DNA of 55,656 nucleotides from Nitrospirota bacterium (GCA_963845245.1 CAWJRJ010000037.1:1-55656), one strand, 5' to 3'. Counted from the stretch's first letter, positions 30,650-41,378 are shown. The notes: a model not told the origin generated them from the letters alone. Numbers and translations are program-made.

Positions 30650-32123
30650 GTGAGCACAATGGCTTCAGACAAGAAAATACTGGTAGTCGACGATGACCCG
30701 GACATAACAGGCCTGGTTGTAGCCACGCTTAACGGGCCGGGCCGGACATTCGTCAGGGCGCCGGACGGCGTTTCCGCCGTGGAGAAGGTGTTCACGGAGA
30801 TGCCCGACCTCGTCATCCTTGACATCAACATGCCGCGGATGAACGGTTACCAGGTCTGCCGCCTTCTTAAGCACGACAAGAGCGTCTGGGAGATACCGGT
30901 CCTCATGCTCTCCGCCAAGGAGCGGCTGAAGGACAAGAATTACGGCATCTCGGTGGGCGCCGATACATACATCACAAAGCCGTTCGATCCCGAAGACCTC
31001 AGGAAAGCCGTAGACTGCCTGCTTGCCAGGACCCCAAACCTGGAGAGGCTGTGCCCCGTTAATCCGAAATTCAATACGAGCGAGACCACACTCCTGAGCC
31101 GTGTAAACTCGCTGCTCGACCGCAAACTCCAGGAACTGACATTCCTCCAGCAGATGACGAAGTCCATCGTCAGCACCTTCGACGAGGACAGGATAATGGA
31201 TATCGTCCTGATGGGGATAAACAGCGAGACCGAGTACCGCAGGGTCGCGATCTTCCTGTACGAGAAGGAAGGCTCGATGGTGCTCCGCAGGGCGACCGGG
31301 TTTCTGGCTACGGAAGAGACTATCAGGCTCAGGATAGACAACGAGGTCGAGCGCGACAGGCTTATGGTCCATCTGGAGCCTATAATCCTTACGGGCCGGG
31401 AGGCCGTAAGAGGAAACGGCTTCGACCTTCCATCTGCCAAGAAGACGTCCTCGCAGCAGTGCATAATACCGATCGTGTTCAGGAAGGAAGTGAAGGGCGC
31501 GATATTCGTGGACAGGCAGGAGAACGAGCCGCCATTCTCTTCGGACCGTGTAAGCATGCTGGCAGCGCTTGCGGGCCAGATGGGGCTGGCGCTGGAGAAT
31601 GCGGACCTGTACCGCCGGATGCTGCACCTCTCGGTGACGGACGGGCTCACCGGCCTGTACAACGCGCGTTACTTCTACGACAAGGTGGAGACCGAGATAA
31701 CGAGGTCCCGCCGCTACGGGCACCCGCTGTCGCTTTTGATGCTGGACATAGACCATTTCAAGCATCTTCAACGACTCATACGGACACCTGAGCGGGGACG
31801 AGGCGCTGAAGCACCTGGCCCGCATCCTGAAGGAAGAGTCGCGTTCGACTGATATCGTAGCGAGGTACGGCGGCGAGGAGTTCTGCGTGGTGCTCCCGGA
31901 AACGGACGGAGAAAACGCGGGGATACTTGCTGAACGTATCAGGAATGCGGTGGAGTCACAGCCGTTCGAGCTGGACCTGCTGGAGAGGACGGCGTCCCTC
32001 ACGATAAGCATCGGAATCGTCACCATGCCGGAAGACTTGGCCCGCGCCGAGGACTTTGTCCGCCTTGCCGACAGGGCGCTCTACAGGGCGAAACAGGACG
32101 GCCGAAACCGCACCAGCACCTAA
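30650..32123 (+). CDS. REC-GAF-GGDEF diguanylate cyclase, frameshift near 31770
   Basis: VVDDD, LDINMP, KPF; DGLTGLYN, DIDHFK; RSTD I-site and RYGGEEF in the downstream frame. Confidence 0.88.
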
Positions 32124-33590
32124 GGCTGGTTTAGCTTTACCACACCTATCTTGCCGTCCTCGGCAAGGCCATCCACAGTCCCGCCAAGCTCCGCCACCTT
32201 GTTCAAGATAAGTCAGGACGTCGCCCGTTATCACCTCGCCCGGCACCAGAAGCGGTATCCCCGGCGGGTACACCGTAACTATCTCGGATGAAAGCCTGCC
32301 CTTTGATTCCTCAATGTCGAGGTACTCGTGGCTTGCGAAGAAGGCCTCCCTGGGGGTGAGCCCCGGCACGCTCTTGAAAGACGGCATCGCGGCGTCCCAG
32401 GTGCTGCTGGCATTCGTGCCGTTTCGCTTCGCTATGATATCAAGCGCGTCCACGAGCCGCTCCAGGTCCTCGTGGCGGTCGCCGATGCTCACGATGACAA
32501 GGACATGGAACGGGTCGGCCATCTCCACCTGTATGTCGAACTCCAGGTTCAGCGTCTGTGATACGTCGTAACCGGACAGCCCAAGCCCGTTCACGTTTAT
32601 AGCGAGCTTCGTCTCGTCCAGGTCGCCCATGCCGCGCGACATCACCTCGTCTTTAGTCACGCATTTAAGGCCGGGTATCGCGTTTATCTTGTCCCGCGCC
32701 CAGCGCGCAAGTTCAAGCGCCTTGCCGAGCAGCTTCAGGCCTTCGGTCGCCATCTGCATACGTGCAAGGTCTAACGAGGCCATGAGTATGTATGACGGGC
32801 TGGTAGTCTGGACAAGTTTGAGCACGCCCGCAAGCGTGTTAATTGAGACACGCTCTGCCCGCGCGTGCATCATCGAGGCCTGGGTCATGCCGCCTATTAT
32901 CTTGTGGGTGGACTGCACGCACATGTCCGCCCCGGCCGAGAGCGCGGAGCTGGGCAGTTCCGGGTGGAAGCCCAGGTGCGGGCCGTGCGCCTCGTCCACC
33001 AGCACCGTCATCCCGTTTTCGTGTGCGAAAGGGATGATCTTTTTGAGGTCGGCGCAGATGCCGTAGTAGTTCGGGCTGGTGATGAACAGCACCTTTATCC
33101 ATGGGTGCGCCTTTACCGCCGCCCTCACCTCGTCGAAGCTGACGTTCATCTGCATCATCAGCTTTGTGTCTAGAGTCGGGTATATGAAGTGCGCCGTGCC
33201 CCCGGCCAGCACCGTGCCCGCAAGAACGGACTTGTGGCAGTTTCGCGCCATGAGTATGCCGGAGCCGGGGTTCAGCGCGGTCATCACCATCGCGTGGTTG
33301 CCGCCGGTCGTGCCGTTCAGCAGGAAGAATGACCGGTCCGCGCCGTACGCCTTCGCCGCAAGCTCCTGCGCGTCCTTTATCACGCCTTTCGGCCTCTGGA
33401 GGCTGTCCACCTCGTCCAGCGTCGTCAGGTCTATGCTGAAGATGTTCGGGCCGACGTACTTAACGAAGCGCGTTGCGATGCCCTTGCCGGACTTATGCCC
33501 GGGCGTGTGGAAGGACACCTTGCGGGACTCCGCAAGCGATATCATCGCGTCGAACAGGGGCGTCTTGTACTGTGCGGGGTCTATTGGCAT
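32120..33590 (-). CDS. speA: PLP-dependent Orn/Lys/Arg decarboxylase (probable arginine decarboxylase); C-terminal frameshift near 32200
   Basis: FHTPGHK, NGTT, RNCHKS, DEAHG, QSTHK, TTSPSY, YPPGIP; clustered with speD/speE. Confidence 0.8.
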
Positions 33591-33620
33591 TTCTCGGTTA
33601 CCTGTTACTTTGATTTGAAT

Positions 33621-34118
33621 TTAATGGATTTTAACGGCCTCGGTCGCCTGGCCCAGGCTGGCGTCCCACTTCTTCGCCGGGCTTCCGAGCTGGATGATGT
33701 AGCTCTTGTCGCCCTTTATCGTGAAGAGGACCATGCGCTTCATGTCCATGTCGGCGACCTTTTCAATATATACGACCTTCTGCCAGGCCACGCCGTTTAT
33801 CTGTTCTTCGCCGTCGGAGATCACCTTGGTCTTCTCCGTGACGAACTGCGGCTTCAGCATGTCCCACGCCACTTCGATGGATAACTGCTTTTTCATCTTC
33901 GCCGCGTTTATCGAGAGGTATATCTCGTCGAACATCGCGGAGCTTTTTATAAACACGACCTTCGACTTTTCGTCCTCGTCACGGTCTACCTCCCAGCCTG
34001 CGGGTGTGGTGACGGAGTAGTACGGGGTGATTGATTATCGCGGGTGCGGCGGCAAAGGCGGCGGAGCCGAGCGCGAGAAGCAGCAAGAGGGAAAGGGCTA
34101 AAAGTCGGGTTGTCTCAC
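33621..34118 (-). CDS. Hypothetical exported protein (PsbP-like fold possible), N-terminal frameshift
   Basis: Signal-peptide-like LLLLALGSAAFA and YSVTTPAGWEV upstream of ORF 33621-33956. Confidence 0.55.
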
Positions 34119-34176
34119 GAGAAGTCTTTTGATGTGTGTGCGTTATTTGCATTTCAATTGTGCCTTATTCCTTATT

Positions 34177-34204
34177 GTAGGGGCCGTACCTTCGTGTCGG
34201 CCCG
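34177..34204. repeat. GTAG-type REP palindrome
   Basis: GTAGGGGCCGTACCTTCGTGTCGGCCCG. Confidence 0.6.
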
Positions 34205-34206
34205 TC

Positions 34207-34905
34207 TTATAATTTCCTCTTCAGGGCTACTCGTATCCGTGAAAGCATTTGCGGGGACAAGTTCTTTTGTCCCTGCCTGCTCAGGAATTTCCCAAGATAT
34301 CCGACATTAACTACTTCAATACCTTTGACGGGTTTTCTCACCTCGACAAAGGCCGTGCTAAAGCAAATGATAGGTCGAACCTTTACTTCGACATTCATAT
34401 TTTCCATTAAGTAGTCTTGCAACCTGTATGTCTGACTCCAAGTCTGGTTCAAAAAATCTTTTTCCGGCGCTTTGCCGTTCAAAAGGAGCCGCTCGCCCTC
34501 ATTGGAGACCTTACCTCCGTGGCTCTTTGTTTCGATGAGGAAAACCCCGGCAGGAGAAGCCACTACGTGGTCGATGTTAAAGCCGTCAAACTGGACATCG
34601 TTATAAACCTCGAAACCATCCGGTAGACTTAAAAGAACGTCAGCAACTTTTTCTTCGCCGCTTGCACCCTTGTCGGCATCCTTTGCCCTCTTTGCGAGAT
34701 GGGTAGTTTTTTTATCAGCGTAAGATTCAAAAATCTTGAACCCTACCAATAGAACTATTATTGCTGGCAGTCCAATCTTGCCAATACTCTTAAAGAAGAC
34801 TAAAGAAAAAAGCAAAAAGATTACAGCAAACCCCAAAATAGCGATTTTGCGTTTATCCGCCATCCATCTTGCGCCGGTTCCTGCCTCGCCGTACTTTTTT
34901 GCCAT
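34207..34905 (-). CDS. NERD (nuclease-related domain) protein with N-terminal TM helices
   Basis: GASGEEKV, NIDHVVASPAGVFLIETKS. Confidence 0.88.
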   Translation of the reverse strand: MAKKYGEAGTGARWMADKRKIAILGFAVIFLLFSLVFFKSIGKIGLPAIIVLLVGFKIFESYADKKTTHLAKRAKDADKGASGEEKVADVLLSLPDGFEVYNDVQFDGFNIDHVVASPAGVFLIETKSHGGKVSNEGERLLLNGKAPEKDFLNQTWSQTYRLQDYLMENMNVEVKVRPIICFSTAFVEVRKPVKGIEVVNVGYLGKFLSRQGQKNLSPQMLSRIRVALKRKL

Positions 34906-34926
34906 TAAAATAACCTTAAAATTAAT

Positions 34927-35472
34927 TTAGACAACTTCTTCGATGCTCATATTTTCTCTTTTTAAAGGCACTTTCTTAAACCATGTAGAAAATGCAATAA
35001 GATATATGATTATCAATGCAATATTGAATAAAAATAAATTATGGACAGGACAGAGCCAAATACCAAAATAAAAAGTACATGCAAACATATCTCCTAAAAA
35101 TAAGAACTTCCAATCATATTCACTTAAAATAAACTTCTTTGAAAATAAAACCCATAAAGAAAAAAATCCAAATAAAATCGAAAGCCATAAGAAAAAAAGA
35201 GGAGATTCATTGCTTGAATTTAATAATAAACGAGAAATTGAAAATATTACCCCAATATCCAGAATTAAAAGAATATTGGATTTATAATCTTTGCCCCAAT
35301 AAAGTTGGTGTACATATATCCAGTCTATTATTATAATTAGATAAGAAAAGAAGAACCTAAAATAACCTGTAAATGTATGTGCAGATTCAAAATAATTAAA
35401 GCCATACGCTAGAACAATCCCATACAATAAGTCAATTAAGCTGATTCGAATAGAACTTTCCTTAGATACCAT
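34927..35472 (-). CDS. AT-rich hypothetical membrane protein (about 6 TM)
   Basis: AGGAGG RBS; strongly hydrophobic; markedly AT-rich DNA. Confidence 0.75.
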   Translation of the reverse strand: MVSKESSIRISLIDLLYGIVLAYGFNYFESAHTFTGYFRFFFSYLIIIIDWIYVHQLYWGKDYKSNILLILDIGVIFSISRLLLNSSNESPLFFLWLSILFGFFSLWVLFSKKFILSEYDWKFLFLGDMFACTFYFGIWLCPVHNLFLFNIALIIIYLIAFSTWFKKVPLKRENMSIEEVV

Positions 35473-35487
35473 TCTAGCCTCCTGAAT

Positions 35488-35521
35488 AAAAAAACGGCCC
35501 CGGTTTTTCTTCCGGGGCCGT
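35488..35521 (-). terminator. Intrinsic terminator of speD-speE
   Basis: ACGGCCCCGG/CCGGGGCCGT stem followed by a T-run on the minus strand. Confidence 0.8.
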
Positions 35522-35557
35522 CTCCAATTTCAATATCTAAATGCGGAGCCGTGCCCC

Positions 35558-36479
35558 TTAATTATACGTAAATATCGGCGCGTTGTCCTCTATGATGAGG
35601 GTCTGCTCCGCTATCGCCTTCCTGACATGCTTCGGAAGGTGCATGCTGTGAAGGTGCGTATCGCCGTCGTAGTAGTGAAGCTCGCCGGTGACGCGCTCGG
35701 CTATCGCCTTGTCAACCGCCTCGGCAGTAAGCGCGCGCGGGTCGTTCTTCTTGGATGCAAGTGCGAAGCCCCAGGGAAGCCCGAAGGACGGTATCACCGC
35801 AGGCATGGAAACGACGTGCGGGAAGACCTTTTCCAGAGTCTTATGTACAGCCGTCAGGTTAAGCAGCTTGCCGATGGCGGTCGTCCCGGCCTGTAATGCG
35901 ATGGTGCCGTACTCGTCCAGGCGGTCGTATATCATCTCATAGAACTCCTTGGTGTACAGGAGGTAGGCGGGGCCTTCCTCGACCGGCTCGGAGATGTCTA
36001 TGATGATCACGTTGTATTTCTTGTCGTGTTTCTTCCAGGTCGCGGCGCGCGTCCGTGAACTTCAGCTCGGTGCGCGGGTCGTCGAAGGCGCCTGCATGGT
36101 ATTCCGGCAGGTGCTCCTTGGAGGACATGACCACTTCCTCGTCTATGTCGCACATGAGGCAGTGCTTGACCGACTTGTGACGCAGGACCTCGCGGAGCGT
36201 CGCGCCCTCGCCGCCGCCGACAATATATACGTCCTTCGGGTCGGGGTGCAGGATCATGGCGGGGTGCACGAGTATCTCGTGGTAGATGAACTCGTCAACC
36301 TCGGACGACTGCATCTTCTGGTCGAGCACGAGACAGCGGCCGTAGGAGCCGGTCTCCATGATCTCCATGTGCTGGAATGCGGTCTGCTTGCTGTAAAGGG
36401 TTTTCTTGATACCGTGGATATGACCCTCTTCGGGGGTCAGGTAATCAAGGAACCATTTGGAGTTCTTCGGTTGCGGCAT
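35558..36479 (-). CDS. speE: Polyamine aminopropyltransferase (spermidine synthase), frameshift near 36025
   Basis: DEFIYHEILVHP, GGGEGATLRE, DIDEEVV; downstream IIIDISEP, LYTKEFY. Confidence 0.92.
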
Positions 36480-36882
36480 AAATAGATGCCTCCTCTTCCT
36501 CTATCTTGTGGGGGAGCTTCACGTTGTGGTCGAAGCTCAGTATCCCACGCTTCATCTCCACCATCGAAGGCGACTTGCACTCGAAACGCTCAACCAGGTA
36601 GTTGGCCGCCACTTCCGGCTTTATAAGGTCGCCGCAGGTGAAGATGTCCACCGCAGCATAGCCGTACTCAGGCCATGTGTGGATGGAGAGATGGGATTCG
36701 GCTATTATGACCATGCCGGAGATCCCGAAAGGGTTGAATTCATGGAAAGCGACTTCGACCACTGTGGCCTTTGCCTCTTTCGCCGCGGTTACGAGGGCGT
36801 CCCTGACCTCATCCAGGTCCTTGAGGATGCCGGGCTTGCAGTCCCGTAACTCCACCAATAAATGGGTGCCTAAGGCGTTCAA
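36445..36882 (-). CDS. speD: S-adenosylmethionine decarboxylase proenzyme
   Basis: LGTHLLVE, FNPFGISG, AESHLSIHTWPE, DIFTCG. Confidence 0.95.
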   Translation of the reverse strand: MNALGTHLLVELRDCKPGILKDLDEVRDALVTAAKEAKATVVEVAFHEFNPFGISGMVIIAESHLSIHTWPEYGYAAVDIFTCGDLIKPEVAANYLVERFECKSPSMVEMKRGILSFDHNVKLPHKIEEEEASIYAATEELQMVP

Positions 36883-36970
36883 TCTATAATCCCCCTTTTA
36901 GGTTGGTGTAAAGCCATACCCTGATTTTCCTTTTAATTTCAGCGGGTTGGCTTATGCGGTTAATAAAAAT

Positions 36971-37007
36971 GGCGCGGCATTCCTGTACAAATAGGAATCC
37001 CCGCGCC
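36971..37007 (-). terminator. Putative attenuator hairpin in the speD leader
   Basis: GGCGCGG..ATTCCT/AGGAAT..CCGCGCC stem followed by ATTTTTATT on the minus strand. Confidence 0.55.
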
Positions 37008-37042
37008 GGCGGTCTGGCATACTATTTAATTATTGTCTTGTA

Positions 37043-37096
37043 TCAAGCCTTAAATAAAGACCGGGCGCTTTTTTCCGTATGTAAGCTCGTACTCAT
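37043..37096 (-). CDS. Putative leader peptide MSTSLHTEKSARSLFKA
   Basis: ATG preceded by GAGGCGGG; lies between a putative promoter (~37163-37189) and a terminator-like hairpin. Confidence 0.4.
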   Translation of the reverse strand: MSTSLHTEKSARSLFKA

Positions 37097-37292
37097 AAGC
37101 CCGCCTCAGTTTAAGGTTAATAAAAGTGTAGGGAAACGAGTCCCCTGCACAGACGGTTGAAAATATATACCTTTTTTCCCAAAATGCAAGAAAAAAATGA
37201 AAACGGGTTGATTTTTTCCGGGTTTTTCCCGTTGATTACCAATTATTGATATGATACACTAAAAAACTGATTTGTGAAGGAAGGGACGATAG

Positions 37293-37505
<213 letters not shown>

Positions 37506-37534
37506 TCTCGCTAGCAGGCGTCCGGAAACATTGC

Positions 37535-37570
37535 AAAAGAGGGGTGGTCAAAACGCCCCTCTTTTCTTTT
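37535..37570 (+). terminator. Intrinsic terminator
   Basis: AAAAGAGGGG...CCCCTCTTTT followed by T-rich tail. Confidence 0.75.
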
Positions 37571-37589
37571 TCGTAGTATAAAGGATAAT

Positions 37590-38321
37590 ATGCGTACAGA
37601 CGGGCGTAACCCGGGCGACATGAGGCCGGTAAAGATAACCAGGAACTACATAAAGCACGCCGAGGGCTCCGTCCTTATAGAGGTGGGCGACACCAAGGTG
37701 ATCTGCACCGCTACATTAGAGGAGTCGGTGCCGCCGTTCATGCGCAACAAGGGCGTTGGCTGGCTCACCGCCGAATACGCCATGATACCCCGCTCATCCG
37801 GCCAGAGGATACGCAGGGAGTCGTCCGCAGGCAAGGTGGGCGGCCGCACGCACGAGATACAGAGGCTTATCGGCCGCTCGCTGCGCTCAGTCGTGGACAT
37901 GGCGTACCTGGGCGAACGCACCTTCTGGATGGACTGCGACGTCATACAGGCGGACGGCGGGACCCGCACGGCATCCATTACGGGCGCGTTCATCGCGCTT
38001 TGTGACGCCGTATCAGACGCGAGGCTCCGTGGCAAGATAACCGTGAACCCGATAAAAGACTACCTTGCCGCCATAAGTGTCGGTATAATAGAGGGCACGC
38101 CGATGCTCGACCTCTGCTACACCGAGGACAGCACCGCCGAGGTGGACATGAACATCGTCCAGACCGGAAGCGGCGGGTTCGTGGAGGTGCAAGGGACGGC
38201 GGAAGGGCAGCCGTTCTCGCGCAAACTCATGGACGAGCTGACGGTCCTGGGCGAGAATGGGATAAAACAGCTTGTCGCCATGCAGAAGAAAGAGTTGGGA
38301 GATTTTACAGCAGCCTGGTAA
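37590..38321 (+). CDS. rph: Ribonuclease PH
   Basis: [42 protein letters not shown]. Confidence 0.96.
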   Translation: MRTDGRNPGDMRPVKITRNYIKHAEGSVLIEVGDTKVICTATLEESVPPFMRNKGVGWLTAEYAMIPRSSGQRIRRESSAGKVGGRTHEIQRLIGRSLRSVVDMAYLGERTFWMDCDVIQADGGTRTASITGAFIALCDAVSDARLRGKITVNPIKDYLAAISVGIIEGTPMLDLCYTEDSTAEVDMNIVQTGSGGFVEVQGTAEGQPFSRKLMDELTVLGENGIKQLVAMQKKELGDFTAAW

Positions 38322-38324
38322 GTC

Positions 38325-38411
38325 TTACTTTCTTTTCAGGTGAAAAGAAAGTAACAAAGAAAAGCCAATTTTAAATTTCTTTGGTCCGCTTTCTTTAATA
38401 AAGAAAGTGGG
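38325..38411. repeat. ~88-bp double-hairpin intergenic repeat, copy 2 (inverted relative to copy 1)
   Basis: TTACTTTCTTTTCAGGTGAAAAGAAAGTAA...CTTTCTTTAATAAAGAAAGTGGG. Confidence 0.75.
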
Positions 38412-38424
38412 GTCTTGAGGTTAT

Positions 38425-39009
38425 ATGGAACTTGTAATCGCGACTACGAACCAGGGCAAGCTGAAAGAGATTCAGGAGATACTCAAGGGCCTCGGCATCA
38501 AGGTGAAGAGCCTGGCCGATTTCCCGCGCTGCCCTGACGTTACAGAGGATGGCGAGACATTCCGCGAGAACGCGCTCAAGAAGGCGCGCGAGGTAGCCGC
38601 CCATACGGGGAGGCTGACCCTTGCCGACGACTCGGGCCTGATGGTGGACGCCCTCGACGGCGCGCCCGGCGTCTATTCCGCAAGGTTTGCGGGCAAAGGT
38701 GCCGACGATATCAAGAACAACAAGAAGCTCCTTAAGCTACTGAAGGACACACCGGACAAGGAACGCGGCGCGAAGTTCGTATGCGTGCTGGCGCTGGTAA
38801 GCCCGGACGGCGTCGAGAAGGTGCTTAAGGGAGTGGTGAAGGGCCGGATAGCCCACGGGATGCGCGGCGCGCGCGGTTTCGGGTACGACCCGCTGTTTTA
38901 CTACGCACCCGCACGCATGACATTTGCGGAGATGGGGCCTGAGGAAAAGAACAAGGTCAGCCACCGGGCGCGGGCGCTCGCGAAGCTGAAAGAGTATTTA
39001 GCGGTTTAG
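38425..39009 (+). CDS. rdgB: Non-canonical purine NTP (XTP/dITP) pyrophosphatase
   Basis: ATTNQGK, ADDSGL, PGVYSARF, GFGYDP, KNKVSHR. Confidence 0.94.
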   Translation: MELVIATTNQGKLKEIQEILKGLGIKVKSLADFPRCPDVTEDGETFRENALKKAREVAAHTGRLTLADDSGLMVDALDGAPGVYSARFAGKGADDIKNNKKLLKLLKDTPDKERGAKFVCVLALVSPDGVEKVLKGVVKGRIAHGMRGARGFGYDPLFYYAPARMTFAEMGPEEKNKVSHRARALAKLKEYLAV

Positions 39010-39014
39010 TTAAA

Positions 39015-39182
39015 CGCCTCTCGGCCTTGCTCCCGGCGACGTCGCTCGGGTGCGACTGAGATGTTACTTCGTTGGGCGGAAAGACTCGCTTCGACTGCAG
39101 ACAGTTTCCGCCCGGCCGCTCAGCTTCGCGGAGTCAGCGCCAGCTCGTTTAGATCGCCGAAGTACGCTAGTCCTGAGAGGCG
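39015..39182. repeat. ~168-nt long-hairpin intergenic element (MITE-like or structured RNA)
   Basis: Nested complementary pairs CGCCTCTCGG/CTGAGAGGCG, CGGCGA/TCGCCG, GGGCGGAAA/TTTCCGCCC. Confidence 0.55.
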
Positions 39183-39213
39183 AGCGCACAGTGAATAAAG
39201 AAGGAGATTTAGT

Positions 39214-39471
39214 ATGCCTATCTACGAATACAAATGCAACAAATGCAGTAATGTCTTCACAATGATGCAGCGCATGGGCGCCGGCACGGACGGTATCGCC
39301 TGCCCGAAGTGCAAGGACACAGGGATAACCAAGCTGCTCTCCAGCACCTTCTCGCCCGAATCCTCGAAGGCGATGCCCGGCAGCTTCGAGCAGGCTGCGG
39401 CGTCCATGCCAAAGGGCGGTTTCGGCGGCGGCGGATGCGGCGGATGCGGCGGCGGAATGTGCGGGATGTAG
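39214..39471 (+). CDS. FmdB family zinc-ribbon protein
   Basis: MPIYEYKCNKC...CPKC; Gly/Cys-rich tail. Confidence 0.9.
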   Translation: MPIYEYKCNKCSNVFTMMQRMGAGTDGIACPKCKDTGITKLLSSTFSPESSKAMPGSFEQAAASMPKGGFGGGGCGGCGGGMCGM

Positions 39472-39472
39472 G

Positions 39473-40054
39473 GTGAAAGTTACTTCGGCTGAGTTTTTAA
39501 AGGCGGCGGTAGACAGGAAAGGCTGGCCCAAGGACGGCTTACCGCAGATCGCCTTCGCTGGCAGGTCAAACGTAGGCAAGTCGTCGCTCATAAACAACAT
39601 GGTGAACAGGAAGGGGCTGGTCAAGACCAGCAGCACGCCCGGCAAGACCCGCGAGATAAACTTCTTTACGATAAACGGCGGGTTCTACTTCGTCGACCTG
39701 CCGGGTTTCGGATATGCGAGGGTGCCGGGCAGGGTCCAGTCCGACTGGGGCCCGATGATCGAGGAATACCTTCTGGGCTCACGCGAACTGAAGCTGGTTG
39801 TTTTCCTGCTTGACATAAGGCACGAGCCGGGTAATCATGACATGGTGATGAACCGGTACCTGAAGGAGAACAACATACCGGCGGCATACGTGGCGACCAA
39901 GGCGGACAAGATCAGCCGGGGCAGCCGGATGAAGAACATAGGCGTGATAGCACGCGCACTGGGCATCGCACCGGGTGACATAATCGAGTACTCGACCCAG
40001 ACCGGCGAAGGCAAGACCAAGCTCTGGGAGAGGATAGGTTCAAGCATCACTTAA
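39473..40054 (+). CDS. engB: Ribosome biogenesis GTPase YihA/YsxC
   Basis: GRSNVGKSS, TPGKT, DLPGFG, TKADK. Confidence 0.93.
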   Translation: MKVTSAEFLKAAVDRKGWPKDGLPQIAFAGRSNVGKSSLINNMVNRKGLVKTSSTPGKTREINFFTINGGFYFVDLPGFGYARVPGRVQSDWGPMIEEYLLGSRELKLVVFLLDIRHEPGNHDMVMNRYLKENNIPAAYVATKADKISRGSRMKNIGVIARALGIAPGDIIEYSTQTGEGKTKLWERIGSSIT

Positions 40055-40070
40055 AGCACAGGAGGGTAGA

Positions 40071-40589
40071 ATGAGCTTTATTTCGAAGTTTCTGTTGGCG
40101 CTGGTAATGGTGACTTTGGCATTTGGGACATCTTTTGCAAAGGAGAAGGAAAAAGTGGTAGTCATTAAAACCGAGAAGGGTGACATAGTTATAAAACTTA
40201 TGCCTGACGTTGCACCGAAACATGTCGAGAACTTCCTGAAGCTCACGAAAGAGGGCTTCTACAACGGGCTAACGTTCCACAGGGTGGAACCGAACTTCGT
40301 TATACAGGGCGGCGACCCGGCCGGCAACGGCACCGGTGGACCCGGCTACACCATACCGGCCGAGATAAAGGCCCCCCACATCGACGGCGCGGTAGCGGCG
40401 GCAAGGCTCGGCGACGCGGCAAACCCGAAGAAGGCATCGTCCGGCAGCCAGTTCTATATATGCCTCGGGCCGCAGCATTTCCTTGACGGACAGTATACCG
40501 TCTTCGGCCAGGTGGTCGAGGGCATGGACGTCGCCAGGAAGATACAGAGGGGCGACAAGATGTTGTCCGTAACCATAAAGGAAAAGTAA
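40071..40589 (+). CDS. Cyclophilin-type peptidyl-prolyl isomerase (exported)
   Basis: FYNGLTFHRV, QGGDP, SGSQFYI, YTVFGQV; signal peptide. Confidence 0.93.
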   Translation: MSFISKFLLALVMVTLAFGTSFAKEKEKVVVIKTEKGDIVIKLMPDVAPKHVENFLKLTKEGFYNGLTFHRVEPNFVIQGGDPAGNGTGGPGYTIPAEIKAPHIDGAVAAARLGDAANPKKASSGSQFYICLGPQHFLDGQYTVFGQVVEGMDVARKIQRGDKMLSVTIKEK

Positions 40590-40590
40590 A

Positions 40591-41370
40591 ATGCCCAGAA
40601 AAGTGTTTTACGCTACGCTGGCCCTGGTTATGCTTTTATCGCTTTCCGCATGCACCGTCTTCCAGTGGGGCGGGCCTGCCAAGGCAGCTGCTCCGCAGCC
40701 TCAGGCGGAAGATATTTTCCGCCAGGGTGAGGACCTGCTCGCAAAGGGGAAGTACGAGGAGGCCAGACAGAAGTATTCCTCCGTGAAGGAGCGCGACCTC
40801 GACAAGTCCTATGACGCTCTCGTGCAGGTGAGGCTAGGCGATTCCTACTACGAGGAGGCCCGCTATTCCGAGGCCGAGGTTGAGTACAAGCGGTTCCTGG
40901 AGATGCACCCGCAGAACAAGGCCGCCCCATACGTGCTCTACCAGATCGGAATGTGTAATTTCAAGCAGATGGACAAACCGGACAGGGACCCCTCCTTCTC
41001 CGTGAACGCGATGACCAGCTTCGACAGCCTGCTGAAAAACTACCCCAACAGCCCCTATGAAGAAGAGGCCAGGGAAAAGCTCAGGATCGCGAAAGGGAAC
41101 GTAGCGGAACACGAACTGGTCGTCGGCAAGTATTATTACAAGCGCGACTCATGGAGCGCGGCGGCAAAGAGGTTCAAGGGAATAATCGAGACCTATCCCG
41201 GCGCGAAGGATGAGCCCGAGACGCTCTACCTCCTGGCTGACACCTACATAAAGACCAAAGACTTCGATGCGGCCAAGAACACGCTGAGCGTGCTGTACCA
41301 GCAGTACCCGAACAACAGGTTTGCCGAGAAGGCCAAGGACAAGCTGGCCAAGCAGATACCCGTCAAATAG
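40591..41370 (+). CDS. bamD: Outer-membrane protein assembly factor BamD
   Basis: Lipobox LSAC; TPR repeats; HELVVGKYY...AAAKRF. Confidence 0.88.
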   Translation: MPRKVFYATLALVMLLSLSACTVFQWGGPAKAAAPQPQAEDIFRQGEDLLAKGKYEEARQKYSSVKERDLDKSYDALVQVRLGDSYYEEARYSEAEVEYKRFLEMHPQNKAAPYVLYQIGMCNFKQMDKPDRDPSFSVNAMTSFDSLLKNYPNSPYEEEAREKLRIAKGNVAEHELVVGKYYYKRDSWSAAAKRFKGIIETYPGAKDEPETLYLLADTYIKTKDFDAAKNTLSVLYQQYPNNRFAEKAKDKLAKQIPVK

Positions 41371-41378
41371 CAGGCCAC

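Noticed and set aside
39010..39213. tRNA genes after rph-rdgB
   Set aside because: No cloverleaf with T-arm and acceptor stem could be built around the TTCGA; the region folds as one long hairpin
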